Assembly (NCBI RefSeq): GCF_006345805.1
Contig: NC_042997.1
Location: forward strand, 159,030,001-159,094,000
Reading direction: 5' to 3'
DNA length: 64,000 bases
DNA from: Octopus sinensis
Taxonomy: Eukaryota
Shown here: piece by piece, positions 26,797 through 39,260 of the stretch
How the letters are laid out: every line of letters begins with the position of its first letter
How positions within the stretch are numbered: the first letter of the stretch is position 1
Position numbers and translations under genes: made by a program
Notes under the pieces: generated by a model
Told to the model about the DNA's origin: nothing
What the model saw: the letters and a program-made list of their open reading frames with translations, nothing else
The model's database searches: none

Positions 26797-27615
26797 TTAA
26801 TTTCTCTGTGTCAGTATGTTCGGATGGTTGAGTCTGGGTTTGTACTTTTCAATGAAGAATGTTTCCTTGTTCAGTCTCATTTGTGTTGATGATCCGAAAG
26901 CACATTGGTAAAATGGGAAGATTAAAAATTGTGGCAGTAGTTGCTTTGCGCATTTCTCAATGTGCTCACTAAAAGGTATCATTCTATATTCTGGGAATGC
27001 AATCTGTTGTCGATGCAGTGTGCATCTGCGCCTGAGTGATAGTCCCGTGGAACCCACGTAGTCTTGGTGGCAGCCCGAGCATTTAATAACATAAATTATG
27101 TTTTCAGAGGCACAAGTAAAGTTAGATTTGATCTTAAATTTCTGTCCCTCTTTAAAGAAGAATTCTGATCCTTCCAATAGGTTAGGACATGTTGCACAGT
27201 TCGATCTACCACATTTTTTTACTTTTGCATCCGTAATTTTAGAAGACAATTTTGCCTTTGTGAGAATCTTTTTAAGTGATTTAGGCTGTTTGTAGCTTTT
27301 AATGATTTGGTGTATGTTTAGAATTTCCTTTAATTTTGGGTTTTTATGAAGTATTGGTAAATTCTGGGTGATGATGGTGAAGGCTTCTTTGTTTCTGGGG
27401 TTGTATGTAGATATGTAAGGTAGTATTTTCGGGGAAGGTGTGTTGTTGTGTTGAACTTTTCTTAAAGTTTCTATGTTGATTTCTGTTGCACGTCTGATCC
27501 CATCCTCTATGAGTTGAGCTGGGTAATGGCATGAATTAAAAAGAAGGTATTGTTTGGTGTCTGTGGCTTTGTAAAAAATGTCTGTTTCTATTTTAAGGTT
27601 AATTTTTTTAGACAT
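26797..27615 (-). pseudogene. PLE ORF C-terminus (RT thumb, linker, GIY-YIG endonuclease), 272 aa, with an in-frame 41-codon deletion
   Basis: Track ORF; lacks PRHTK...LIDRH, which is present in the opposite arm; no RT catalytic core. Confidence 0.88.
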
Positions 27616-28385
27616 TTTTTACAAAGCCACAGACGCCAAACAATACCTTCTTTTTAATTCATGCCACCCAAGACACACTAAAACAAACATCCCCTTCAAC
27701 CTTGCAAGAAGGATATGCACAATAGTGTCAGAACAAAATACCAGGAACTTTAGACTGCAAGAACTCAAAAACACCCTAATTGACAGACATTACCCAGCTC
27801 AACTCATAGAGGATGGGATCAGACGTGCAACAGAAATCAACATAGAAATTAAAGGAAATTCTAAACATACACCAAATCATTAAAAGCTACAAACAGCCTA
27901 AATCACTTAAAAAGATTCTCACAAAGGCAAAATTGTCTTCTAAAATTATGGATGCAAAAGTAAAAAAATGTGGTAGATCGAACTGTGCAACATGTCCTAA
28001 CCTATTGGAAGGATCAGAATTCTTCTTTAAAGAGGGACAGAAATTTAAGATCAAATCTAACTTTACTTGTGCCTCTGAAAACATAATTTATGTTATTAAA
28101 TGCTCGGGCTGCCACCAAGACTACGTGGGTTCCACGGGACTATCACTCAGGCGCAGATGCACACTGCATCGACAACAGATTGCATTCCCAGAATATAGAA
28201 TGATACCTTTTAGTGAGCACATTGAGAAATGCGCAAAGCAACTACTGCCACAATTTTTAATCTTCCCATTTTACCAATGTGCTTTCGGATCATCAACACA
28301 AATGAGACTGAACAAGGAAACATTCTTCATTGAAAAGTACAAACCCAGACTCAACCATCCGAACATACTGACACAGAGAAATTAA
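27611..28385 (+). pseudogene. PLE ORF C-terminus, frameshifted by a 134-bp deletion; GIY-YIG part intact (27933-28385)
   Basis: Track ORFs 27578-27883 and 27933-28385. Confidence 0.88.
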
Positions 28386-28525
28386 CAAGGAAAAGGGAAA
28401 AAAAAAAAATTTTTAAGCGATTATCTCCCCTACACCGGAAAAAATCACTCACTACCTCCCCTTATTTAGAAATCTCCTGGAAATAAAAACAACGATAATT
28501 CCATGCAATATAAACATAACGTCAC

Positions 28526-28565
28526 AAGAAATTTGAAAAGCTACACGCGAAACCGGTAATTTCTT
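28526..28565 (+). ncRNA. Minimal type-I hammerhead-like motif (U3-A8 variant) in the PLE 3' UTR
   Basis: AAGAAAT-TTGAAAA-GC tacac GC-GAAA-CCGG-TA-ATTTCTT: perfect 7-bp stem I, palindromic stem III tetramer, GUA triplet. Confidence 0.65.
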
Positions 28566-28726
28566 TAAAAATTTTTAAAATTATGTCATTTTAAGGAAAG
28601 GAAAAAAAATTTTTCCAATATTCTCCAGACATTTTGACACAAATATATATATTTTTTAACATTTAAGCCTTCTGTCGTTTTTTCACACTTTACTATTTTC
28701 TTATGTATATATATATATATATATAT

Positions 28727-29500
28727 ATTGTTATATTTCGGAATGGTCATTTTGCCAGTTTAGCCAATAAAAACACACGCACTATATATTTGGTGTTATT
28801 TTGCTTCAGTGTTATTTATTTTTTACATTAATCTTAATCTTATTTCGGCCAGAGTTCTTTCGTCACACTCCTGTGACCGCATCAGTGGTCCTTTGTTTTC
28901 TTCTTCCTTATTTGTGTCTCTCCTTACTAACCGTCAGCTATTTTGTATTTCTATTGTATGTCTTCATTTGCTCATGCTTATATCTCTATGTGCGTTTATG
29001 TTTATTTATAATTTTTTTTCTTTTTTTTCGATTCGATTTATATAATGATAATAATAAGTGGATGTAAACACATGAACAAAATAAGAATAAACAAAAACAA
29101 CAAAAACAAAATACAAATTACATGAACATATATAAACAGAAGATACAAATATTACAGGCATCCCCCCATATACACACACTAAATTATAAATAAACGCACA
29201 TAGAGATATAAGCATGCGCAAATGAAGACATACAATAGAAATACAAAATGGCTGACGGTTAGTAAGGAGAGACACAAATAAGAAAGAAGAAAACAAAGGA
29301 CCACTGATGCGGTCACAGGAGTGTGACGAAAGAACTCTGGCCGAAATAAGATTAAGATTAATGTAAAAAATAAATAACACTGAAGCAAAATAACACCAAA
29401 TATATAGTGCGTGTGTTTTTATTGGCTAAACTGGCAAAATGACCATTCCGAAATATAACAATATCTGTTTCAACACGCGACTTCATATAAAAAATCTTGC

Positions 29501-29507
<7 letters not shown>
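28727..29507. mobile_element. Second foldback unit (probable PLE 3'-terminal repeat): arms 28727-29014 and 29181-29462, 166-bp spacer, ~45-bp terminus before (TA)n
   Basis: The arms are near-identical reverse complements, each carrying a hammerhead-like motif; no ORF. Confidence 0.8.
29298..29342 (+). ncRNA. Minimal hammerhead-like motif (A9C variant); mirror copy at 28847-28891 (-)
   Basis: ggaCCA-CTGATGC-g-GTCAC aggagt GTGAC-GAAA-GAAC-TC-TGGcc. Confidence 0.5.
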
Positions 29508-29568
<61 letters not shown>

Positions 29569-29800
29569 TAAAAGGAATTCCAGCCTTGTCTGATTTTCAC
29601 GTTTTATTTACAATCTTATAATGATATAATATAAGATAATATAATATAATAAAATAAAATGAAATAATAGAATGTTAAATGTTCATTCTGATTGAACTAG
29701 TACTTTCATGCATTAAATTATGCAATCTTCAGGTTCATGTAGTAGTGGTGACAGTCATGCTTCACAATTTTGGACTCTCACACACACCCGTATATATATA

Positions 29801-29846
<46 letters not shown>

Positions 29847-30119
29847 CATATACACAGTAGCTATGTGTACAAACGAAATGAAAGAGTTGTCATACATATC
29901 GATGAGTTATATGCATGTAGAAACAATGAATGAATTAAATCTGCCTTTCTCAAACTTACACAGGCAAAAGCATGTCCAATTAGAGGCATTCTAGCCATGA
30001 CCAAGCACAAAGAGTCCCTAAATTCATTTAAACCTTTCACTCTCAAAACATTTCTCGACGTTCGACAGCCTAAATTTTAAATCACGATTCATTGATGAAA
30101 CCTTCCAATATGTTAGACA

Positions 30120-30962
30120 TTGGTTTCAAATTTTGGCACAAGGTCAGAAATTTCAGGGGATAGTTAAGTTGATTACATCGATCCTTGTGTTGAACTGGTA
30201 CTTATTTTATCGCTCCCAAAATGAAAAGCTAAGTAGACCTAGGCAGAATTTGAACTCAGGGCGTAAAGACAGACGAAATACCGCTAAGCATGTTTCTCAG
30301 TATGTTAAATATTCTACCAGCTCACTAACTTAATTTGTAGAAATATTGATTTAAAATTATGGCACAAGGCCAGCAATGTTTTGGGAAGGGATAAGTTAGT
30401 TACATCGATTCTAGTGCTCAACTGGTACTTACCTTATCGATTCCGAAAGGATGAAAGGCAAAGCTGATCTAGGCAGAATTTGAACTCAGAACGTAAAGAC
30501 GATCGAAATGGCACTAAGCATGTATCCCAGCGTGTTAACGATTCGTATTTCTTTATTGGCCACAAGGGGCTAAACATAGAGGGGACAAACAGGGATAAAC
30601 AAAGGGATTAAGTTAATTACATCGACCCCAGTGCGTAACTGGTACTTAATTTATCAACCCCGAAAAGATGAAAGGCAAAGTCGACCTCGGCGGAATTTGA
30701 ACGCAGAACGTAACGGCTGACGAAATACCTATTTCTTTACTACCCACAATGGGCTAAACATAGAGGGGACAAACAAGGATAGACAAACGGATTAAGTCGA
30801 TTACAACGACTCCAGTGCGTAACTGGTGCTTAATTTATCGACACCGAAAGGATGAAAGGCAAAGTCGACCTCGGCCGAATTTGAACTCACAACGTAACGA
30901 CAGAAGAAATACGGCTACGCATCTCGCCCGGCGTGCTAACGTTTCTGCCAGCTCGTCGCCTT
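30120..30962 (-). mobile_element. Cluster of four SINE family A copies, two of them nested
   Basis: Copies at ~30120-30330, 30355-30545, 30546-30729 and 30730-30962. Confidence 0.9.
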
Positions 30963-33059
30963 CATTTGTAGAAATATTACAACTTAATAAAGTTTATTGT
31001 GATATTGGAATACAAGCAGATTAGAACAATATGTTTTTCTTAAAACTGGTTAATCTTTTAGCAAGAGCAAAATGGGGTATGTATGTCTCTGAATAATGAA
31101 CTGAAAATTGCGAATCATTATATATATTGTGATAAGAGCTTTTCCTACTCACGGTGCATCCGCTCTACATATAATATGTATATAGGATTTTATTTGTAAG
31201 AAATGTAGCTATTAATTCTGACTTGTCTGGTGACTGCTTTGAGACTCCCTCTTTTACTAATAATACAGTATTTTCAGGATGCAACTATTAGGAAAAATCA
31301 TAAACAAATTTAGAATATATACATTTAACTTAGAGCAATACATGCATAATATCCATTTTTAAAGATGCAGGTGTTATTTTATGGATAAATATCTATGATT
31401 AATTTCTACTTCATAAAATAAGTGAACAGGAAGGAAGAAATAATGAGACAATCTCCCCATTTAATCTAATCGCAGTGAAACCTTTATCGCGCTCATCGTT
31501 GACAATGCTTTCATACACATGTTCTTTTATTCACTCTCTATCTCTCTCTCTCTCTCTCTCTCTCCCGTTGTCTCTCTCTCTCTCTCTTCGATCGCTTGTT
31601 CGCTCTCTAGATTGGCTGATACTGTCATATTTCTTTATATGTGTAGCGATTGAAACTCGATATTGTTCAAGAAACTCGGTTACCATTCTCAATGTTTGAG
31701 TGAAGAAATAATTATAAATATGAAACGAGAACTTTGCCAAAATAACAAAACAAACATCTTATTATATCTCAGATGTCTATATTGAATTAAATTTATTAAA
31801 GAATATATAATACAAGGAATTAGTAATAATCAACGGTTTACTCGATAAGATTTTATTTTCTTTACGGATTATTGAGAGAAGTAAAGTTAGCACAGACGAC
31901 ACGCTATGCAACGTCTCTAAGACCAGTGAGGGGAAAGAGAATAATAAACCGCAATTCATGGAGTGGGGTACAGTGAGCATTAAAAGTAAAGTAAAAATAA
32001 ATAAAGCAGTCTTGCTTGGTTTCGAGGATGAAGATTCAGTTATTCAATCAACTGAACTAACCTGCTCATTGAATCAGCATGTAAGTGGCTGAGTATTCCA
32101 AAGACATGAGCACTATTAACATAAGCTTCAAATAGAATCAGCATAGCACAATGAGCGACAAGGCCGTGCCGTTTGAATTACAGGCATAAACTATCCGGTG
32201 GGCTTCCACACTGTTTCCAAATTCCACTCACATGATATGGGTTGACTCGAGTCAAGAGTAAAAGAAATTTACCTTAGGTGCTACATAGAGGGGATCGAAC
32301 CTGTGACCCCGTGATCATTAACTAAACTTAATCATTCAGCCATGTTGCATCCATATGTGAAAAACAGTGCTTTCCATATAGTATGAAGTAATGCTTCAAA
32401 ATAACGAGTCATTTTCAGGTTTGAAACTTTGTCCATAAGTTTGCAACTGAGAGGGTTCCACTGAAGGCACTCAGAAGTTTAGCGGTGATATTAAATCGGT
32501 CGTCGTATTAAGACTTAAATCATGTCAACCAATAAAGTTCCAGACATAAAAAGATATCTCTAAAGTAAATTAGTGTTTTGTATAGCACTTTTTCATTCCT
32601 ACATATTCTAGAATAATAAGCGTAACAAAATCCTCTATATAGAGAGAGAAATATCAATGATACAGGCTCAAAGCATCACATTGCGAGTAGATTATGCTTT
32701 ACAGAAAAGGGTTAATTAGAACGAAACACCTACTTTCCTTTCACTGGATATTTTTCGATGCAAGATTCACTCCCAGCTTCACTGACAGTATTTTCCCAAA
32801 ATTTCGATCAACTGAACTAAATGGAGTTATCTCACTTGTACGTTGTTCCTTTAGTTCAAAGACGCAACAAGAGGGAACTTTTGCAAACAAATTGCGTGGA
32901 TAATCTGTTAATCAACGTCTTTCAGGTCACTCATTACATATGTGAAGCTTTACTTGGTATTATAGATCAATTAAAATGACCCCATTACTTCACTGGTACT
33001 TGTATATATTTAATTGACCCCGGAACTATGAAATACATAGTTGGTTTTGCGGAAGGAAT

Positions 33060-33470
33060 TGAAATATTCTTTTCTACTCTAGGCACAAGGCCCGAAATTT
33101 TGGGAGAGGGGGCCAGTCGATTAGATCGACTCCAGTACGCAACTGGTACTAAATTTATCGACGCCGAAAGGATGAAAAGCAAAGTCGACCTCGGTGGAAT
33201 TTGAACTAACAGCGTAAAGGCAGACGAAATACCTATTTCTTTACTACCCACAAGGGGCTAAACACAGACAGAACAAATAAGGACAGACAAACGGATTAAG
33301 TCGATTATATCGACTCCAGTGCGTAACTGATACTTAGTTGATCGACCCCGAAAGAATGAAAGGCAAAGTCGACCTCGGCCGAATTTGAACTCAGAACGTA
33401 ACGGCAGACGAAATATCGCAAAGCATTTCGCCCGGCGTGCTAATGATTCTGCCAGCTCGCCGCCCTGAAA
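33060..33470 (-). mobile_element. SINE family A nested dimer
   Basis: Junction at ~33233 is identical to that at ~30729 (gacgaaatacc|tatttctttactaccc). Confidence 0.9.
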
Positions 33471-33740
33471 GACCAGAAATATTAATTCATAACAAAGCAC
33501 AAAACCTCTGATCTGGAGGGAGATTGTATTCAATTAATATCGATCTCATTATTTGATTGGTAGTTGTTTCATTAACTACAGAATTATGAAAGACAAAGTT
33601 GACTTTGATACGATTTGAAATCAGAATATAAAAGAGAATAAATAATTACTACTAGACATTTTGTCCGACACTCTAACAATTTTTCCAACTCACTGCTGCG
33701 GATTAATTATAAATATTATTTACTATGATAAATTTTGTAC

Positions 33741-33965
33741 AGGCTCGTGGCATAGTGGTTAGGGTGTTGAACTCATGATTCCTGGACCAGGCGATGCGTT
33801 GTATTCTTGAGCAAAACACTTCATTTCACGTTGCTCCAGTCCGCTCAGCTGGCAAAAATGAGTAATCCTGCGACGGACCGGCGTCCCGTCCAGATGGGGA
33901 ATTTCTACGCCACTGAAACCGGGAAACCGGCCCTTATGACCCTGGCATGGCTCGAGAAGGAACAT
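33741..33965 (+). mobile_element. SINE family C (tRNA-like head, ttcttgagcaaaacactt core); also ~40200-40420 (-) and ~56935-57137 (-)
   Basis: tggcatagtggttaggg box A-like head; central gttgctccagtcc.ctcagctggcaaaaatgagta; three related copies. Confidence 0.75.
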
Positions 33966-34049
33966 TTATTTATAATAAATTTTAGATTATTAGATATTAT
34001 ATTAAGAACACAAATCACGATTCAAGGATGTTTAATTATATGATATATC

Positions 34050-34430
34050 GGTTTCAAATTTTGACACAAGGTTATAAATTCGGGGGCTAAGTCGTTTATA
34101 TAGACCCTAGATCTCAATAGGGACTTATTTTATCGATCCTGAAAAGAGGAAAGGTAAAGTTGATCTCGGAGGAATTTGAATTCAGAACAGGTACTCAGAA
34201 CGAAATGTCACTAAGCATTTTGCCCGATATGTTAACGATTCTGCCAGCTCTCCGTCTTAATTATATGAAATATTAGAAATATGATTGTTCAAATTCTGCC
34301 GCGGTTGACTTTGCCTTTCATCTTTTCGGGATCGATAAAACAAAGTACCAGTCAAGTACATGGGTCGATATACTTAACTTTCTCCACTTTCTAAAACTGC
34401 TGGTATTGTGCGAAAATTTGAAACAAATAT
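34050..34430. mobile_element. Two degenerate SINE A copies in opposite orientations
   Basis: 34050-34260 (-) and 34285-34430 (+). Confidence 0.7.
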
Positions 34431-35364
34431 TACAAACACGGTTTATAGCAGAATCAGAATTTATATCCTTGTTTCTGTGTTCCTCATCGTATCAAAAGTT
34501 CGAAGTATTTTTGATACGATGAGGGTCGTTATGTATATGTTCGTTAATTATAGAATATATGCTCGTTGTATATATATGGATGAGGTATGTGTTTTTTATG
34601 TCAGTGTGAGCTTGTAAGTATTCCTCCCATTCAGACAAGATAAACACAGACACATTCAGAAACTCGCACAAACACATTCACACGCATACACAGAGAGAGA
34701 GCGGGGAGAGAAAGAATGCAATACAACACAACACAACACATAAAAATTCAGCAAATAGCAACTGAATCAGTCATGTAATTAGCAGGAACCAAAGGAGTCA
34801 TCACATGGTCGCTCGGTCTACAAGATATAGCAGTCAAACCTTCCTAAAAGTGACACATTACTATCTTAAATGCATCTTGTTGGATAATGTTATCCTGCAT
34901 TACTTACACAAGAAAAAGACGGGATGGCACAGCAGGAAAATTTTGGTTCAGAGCTGACCCGATACTAAACTACGATAACAACAATAATTGATTAGCTTCA
35001 ACTATCTTGCTGATATACACTCCACCAGAAGATCAAAAGTTGTGATCCACCAAAGTCCGCCACAACCTACAGTTGTACTGAATAAGACTGGTCAATGCAG
35101 AACTACTAATCACAGCGACTCAGAGAATGGTACTCGTGTTGTACAAGTGTTTATCCCGATAATTCAATGACGTATAGATCTCTCTCTTTATGATGATCTC
35201 ATTCGTTATCCTCTCGACGGAAAATCCTAGAGCGATAGACGAGTGACAATATATGCAGACTAATTGGAAACGCACAGTAAGTTACAGCTTTTGCCTGCCA
35301 CCTATGCTTCAAACCATGCAGACCTACAACATGTAAAGTCGTGGATGGAAAATCAGATATGCCA

Positions 35365-35969
35365 TGGACAATGGTAAAAGGGGAAATGCTCAACCACAAC
35401 CGAGAAGGGAACTTCATGGGAAAAAGGTTTTTCTCTCTATCTGGTGGGATTGCAAAGGAGTAATTCACTTTGAATTGTTACCACCTAATGCACAATCAAT
35501 GCTCAAGTCTACTGTCAGCAATTAGGGTGTTTGAACCAAGCTTTGAAGAAAAGAAGACCCGCTTTAGTGAATCGAAAAGGAGTGATGTTTCATCAGGACA
35601 ATGCGCGACCCCACGCTGCAAATATCACATCACAGAAGATCGAAGAGCTTGGTTGGGAAAAAATACCTCATCCACCTTATTTTCCCGACCTTGCTCCTTC
35701 ATACTACCATTTGTTTCGTAATTTACAGAATCATTTGGGGGACATAACTTTCGCAAACCAGGAGGAGGTCGAAACTGACATTTCAGAGTTCTTCGCTTTG
35801 AAAGCAAAAGAGTTTTACATTGATGGGATTAAAAAGCTTGTAAATAGATGGAAGAAAGTCATAGATAATCAAGAAAAGTACATGGATGATTAAATTTCAT
35901 TTAAATATAACATTTGATCACTTGTTTTCTTTATTCAAAATTCGGACAGAACTTATGGGATGACTTGAT
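35365..35969 (+). mobile_element. Mariner (DD34D) transposon 3' half with right TIR
   Basis: RELHGKKV..IWWDCKGVIHFELLP, MFHQDNARPH, PHPPYFPDLAPSYYHLF; ends gaacttatgggatgacttga|TA. Confidence 0.9.
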
Positions 35970-36429
35970 ATATATGTAGGTGTGGATGTGAGGGGGTATT
36001 ATCTGACACAAACGCATACACATATACATATGAAGAAAAAGTAAGTGTCAGAACTAGATAACAAAAGGGAAGCAAAAGAAGAGATGTGAGAGTAACAAAA
36101 GACATACATATTCACATACACACGCACGCGTGCATGCGCGCGCGAACGCACGCATACATATGTATATACAGACAAACTGAGAAAGAAAAAAGTAAATGGA
36201 AAGAAACGGGAAAGATAAAGTTAGAGAAGATTGAAAAAACAAAAAGAAAGGAAGTGTGACAACAATAATGAATATCGAGATGCAGAGAAAGGAAAAAGAT
36301 AAGAGGAATAAAGAGAGAGATGGAGAAAGATGCAGGAGAAAAGCGTAAGATTTCCACCCGGCAACAAGAAAGTATTTAATGTGCCAGGGTAAAGAAAAAT
36401 ATTGCCTGATATGAAGTATTTAGGAATTA

Positions 36430-36539
36430 GAAGGAGGAGGAGGAGGAGAGAAGAAGAAGAAGAAGAAGAAGAAGAAGAGAAGAAGAAGAAGAAGAAGAAG
36501 AAGAAGAAGAAGAAGAAGAAGAAGAAGAAGAAGAAGAAG
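36430..36539. repeat. (AGG)n-(GAA)n trinucleotide tract
   Basis: Direct reading. Confidence 0.98.
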
Positions 36540-36982
36540 GTTGGGGAGATGGGGAAGTGTTGGCGAAAGAGAAGTGCGGAGTCTCTTGTTTGACCAACAG
36601 AAGAACATCAATTACGTAAGAAGCACGTAACTGAATGGAAGAACGAATGCAAGATATGCAGAGAACAATAAGTATGATAATGATGTAGATGTACAGCGTA
36701 GAGTTTCACTGTTTAACAACGTGACAAATTGTAGCAGACGACTGACAACATAAGTCTGTTGTTAAACTAACCAATCAACGAACGTCTTTTAAAAATCGAA
36801 CGTTGGTGGGGTGCTGGGAGAGTCAGGGACAAAAACATTGTTGCTGTTGCTGTTTTGCCGCTGTTGTTCATATTGATTGTTTTTGTTGTTGACTGAGAGA
36901 CAGAAAGAGTTTGACTAGAGGTGAGTATTGAAAAGAAGGTTTGAGAGAAACAAGCAGAGTGAAAGAGAGACGAAAGGAAGCT

Positions 36983-37013
<31 letters not shown>

Positions 37014-37249
37014 GGTGAAACAGAAAGAGACTCTATGTGTATTCATGAAGTTTCTTCTGACTGTGTTTATATATGTGTGTGTGTATGTGTATGTGTGTGT
37101 GTGGTGTAACTAGCAATGTGTTAGAATGGTAGGAATGAGAGAATATCGCAGAAAATTCCCAAATATCATCGAATATACACTGACTGATAAAGAATGTGAG
37201 ATGAAAGAGAGAGAAAGAAAATAAGACTAGAATGAGAAAGGCGTGTTCT

Positions 37250-37749
37250 TTTCAACTTCTATCATTATGCATATATTATACATATACACATACATATACA
37301 CATATGTATATGTGTGTGTGTGTGTTCGCGTGTATATATATATATTTATATATATATATATGTATGTATGCATATATGTATGAATGTATGATTGTATGTG
37401 TATAAATAACTGCATATACTCATGTGCGTACGCGTAAGCGATCAAACACATCCACTAGCATGCATATAAATAAATGCATTCTTATATACAGAGATACATA
37501 CATATATATTGACAGACACAGATATATTTGTGAGTGGGTGTATTTGTTTACATGTGTATATGTGTATGTGTATTGTATGAATGCATACACGTATGAATAT
37601 ATGGACACACATTTATTCACTTGTGTATATGTGTACCAACATACATACACATGCATATTCATATCTAAAGACATATACAAACAGATACATAGAAGTATAT
37701 ATACGCATGTATATATATGTGTGTGTGTGTGTATGTATATACATATATA

Positions 37750-37827
<78 letters not shown>

Positions 37828-38262
37828 TGTGTGTGTGTGTGTGTATGTGCATGCGCGCGCCCATGTGTGTCTGTCCACAATTTAGAGAGTGGCTTTATAA
37901 CTGAATATATGTATCATGCGTTTTTTCTTGCGTATCTCTGAGTTAAATTCTAAATATTGTAACTCTATATATGTATGTTGAGTACTCCTTCCTTCCGTCT
38001 ACCCAACTACATATATATGAATAATATGTGTATTTGTGTTTTCAATATATATGCATATACATGTGTGTGTGTGTGTGATATATATGTATATATATAGTTG
38101 AAATTTATAGAAAAGCAAATGATGATATCTGATGCATACATATTGTGTGTTGGCACGAAACTCTAAGCTCACTCCTATGCCTATCCTCAATTCATTTTAC
38201 TCCGCTTCTAATCATTGAATATTTATATATATGTATGTATGTATATATATATACACACACAC

Positions 38263-38293
<31 letters not shown>

Positions 38294-38576
38294 TACATAC
38301 ACACATATATATATACGGACAGAGAGAGAGGCAAACAGACAGAGTCGGAGAGAGAGGGAGAGATCAATACAATCATACATACATAAACACACACATACAT
38401 ACATACATATATACATGCATATATGTACTTAAGTTATACAAGAGTACAAAAGAAAGACATAATTTGATAAATACATCTATATACATATATGCATTCATAT
38501 ATATATATGTGTATATATATACATATAGATATGCATATATATACATATATATACGTATATCTATGCATATATATAT

Positions 38577-38625
<49 letters not shown>

Positions 38626-38864
38626 ACATACGTATATATACATACATACACTTGCATCAATGCACGCATGTATGTATATATATATATGTGTGTAATCTTC
38701 AAAAGATCAACAAGAAACTCGGTGTTAAGTTTCACTTTACATTATTTTGTACATTACTTCTTGCATTGAGTACTATCTTTTCTTCTTCGTATTTACGCGT
38801 CTGTATACATATATATACACACACACATATACATTCATATATATACATACATCCATACGTATAC

Positions 38865-38902
<38 letters not shown>

Positions 38903-39031
38903 TATATATTATATATATATATATATACATGTATATTAGTATATAGATAGATAGATAGATAGATATACAAATACATATATATACATATGTTTCTATATAT
39001 ATATACACACACACACATGTATGTATGTATG

Positions 39032-39072
<41 letters not shown>

Positions 39073-39116
39073 GTATATATATATATATATATATTATATT
39101 TATGCATATATATATA

Positions 39117-39188
<72 letters not shown>

Positions 39189-39260
39189 CATAAATACATA
39201 CATACATACATACATACATACATACATACATACATACATACATACATACATACATACATA
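37250..39260. repeat. ~2-kb compound TA/CA/TG/CATA low-complexity region
   Basis: Direct reading; explains the many YI/HT/VC-rich track ORFs. Confidence 0.9.

Larger units (their letters stand above)
26441..28704. mobile_element. 5'-truncated Penelope-like element (Neptune-like GIY-YIG) as a foldback palindrome: arms 26482-27583 (-) and 27610-28704 (+), 26-bp spacer
   Basis: The arms are near-identical reverse complements by eye. They encode the RT thumb (DIFYKATDxKQYLLFNSCHP), a Cys linker (CGRSNCATC, FTCAS) and GIY-YIG (NIIYVIKCSGCHQDYVGST). Both ends abut (TA)n. Confidence 0.92.

Noticed and set aside
27098-28084. Identical 65-aa ORFs MFSEAQVK... on both strands
   Set aside because: Antisense readings of the PLE GIY-YIG region, mirrored by the palindrome.
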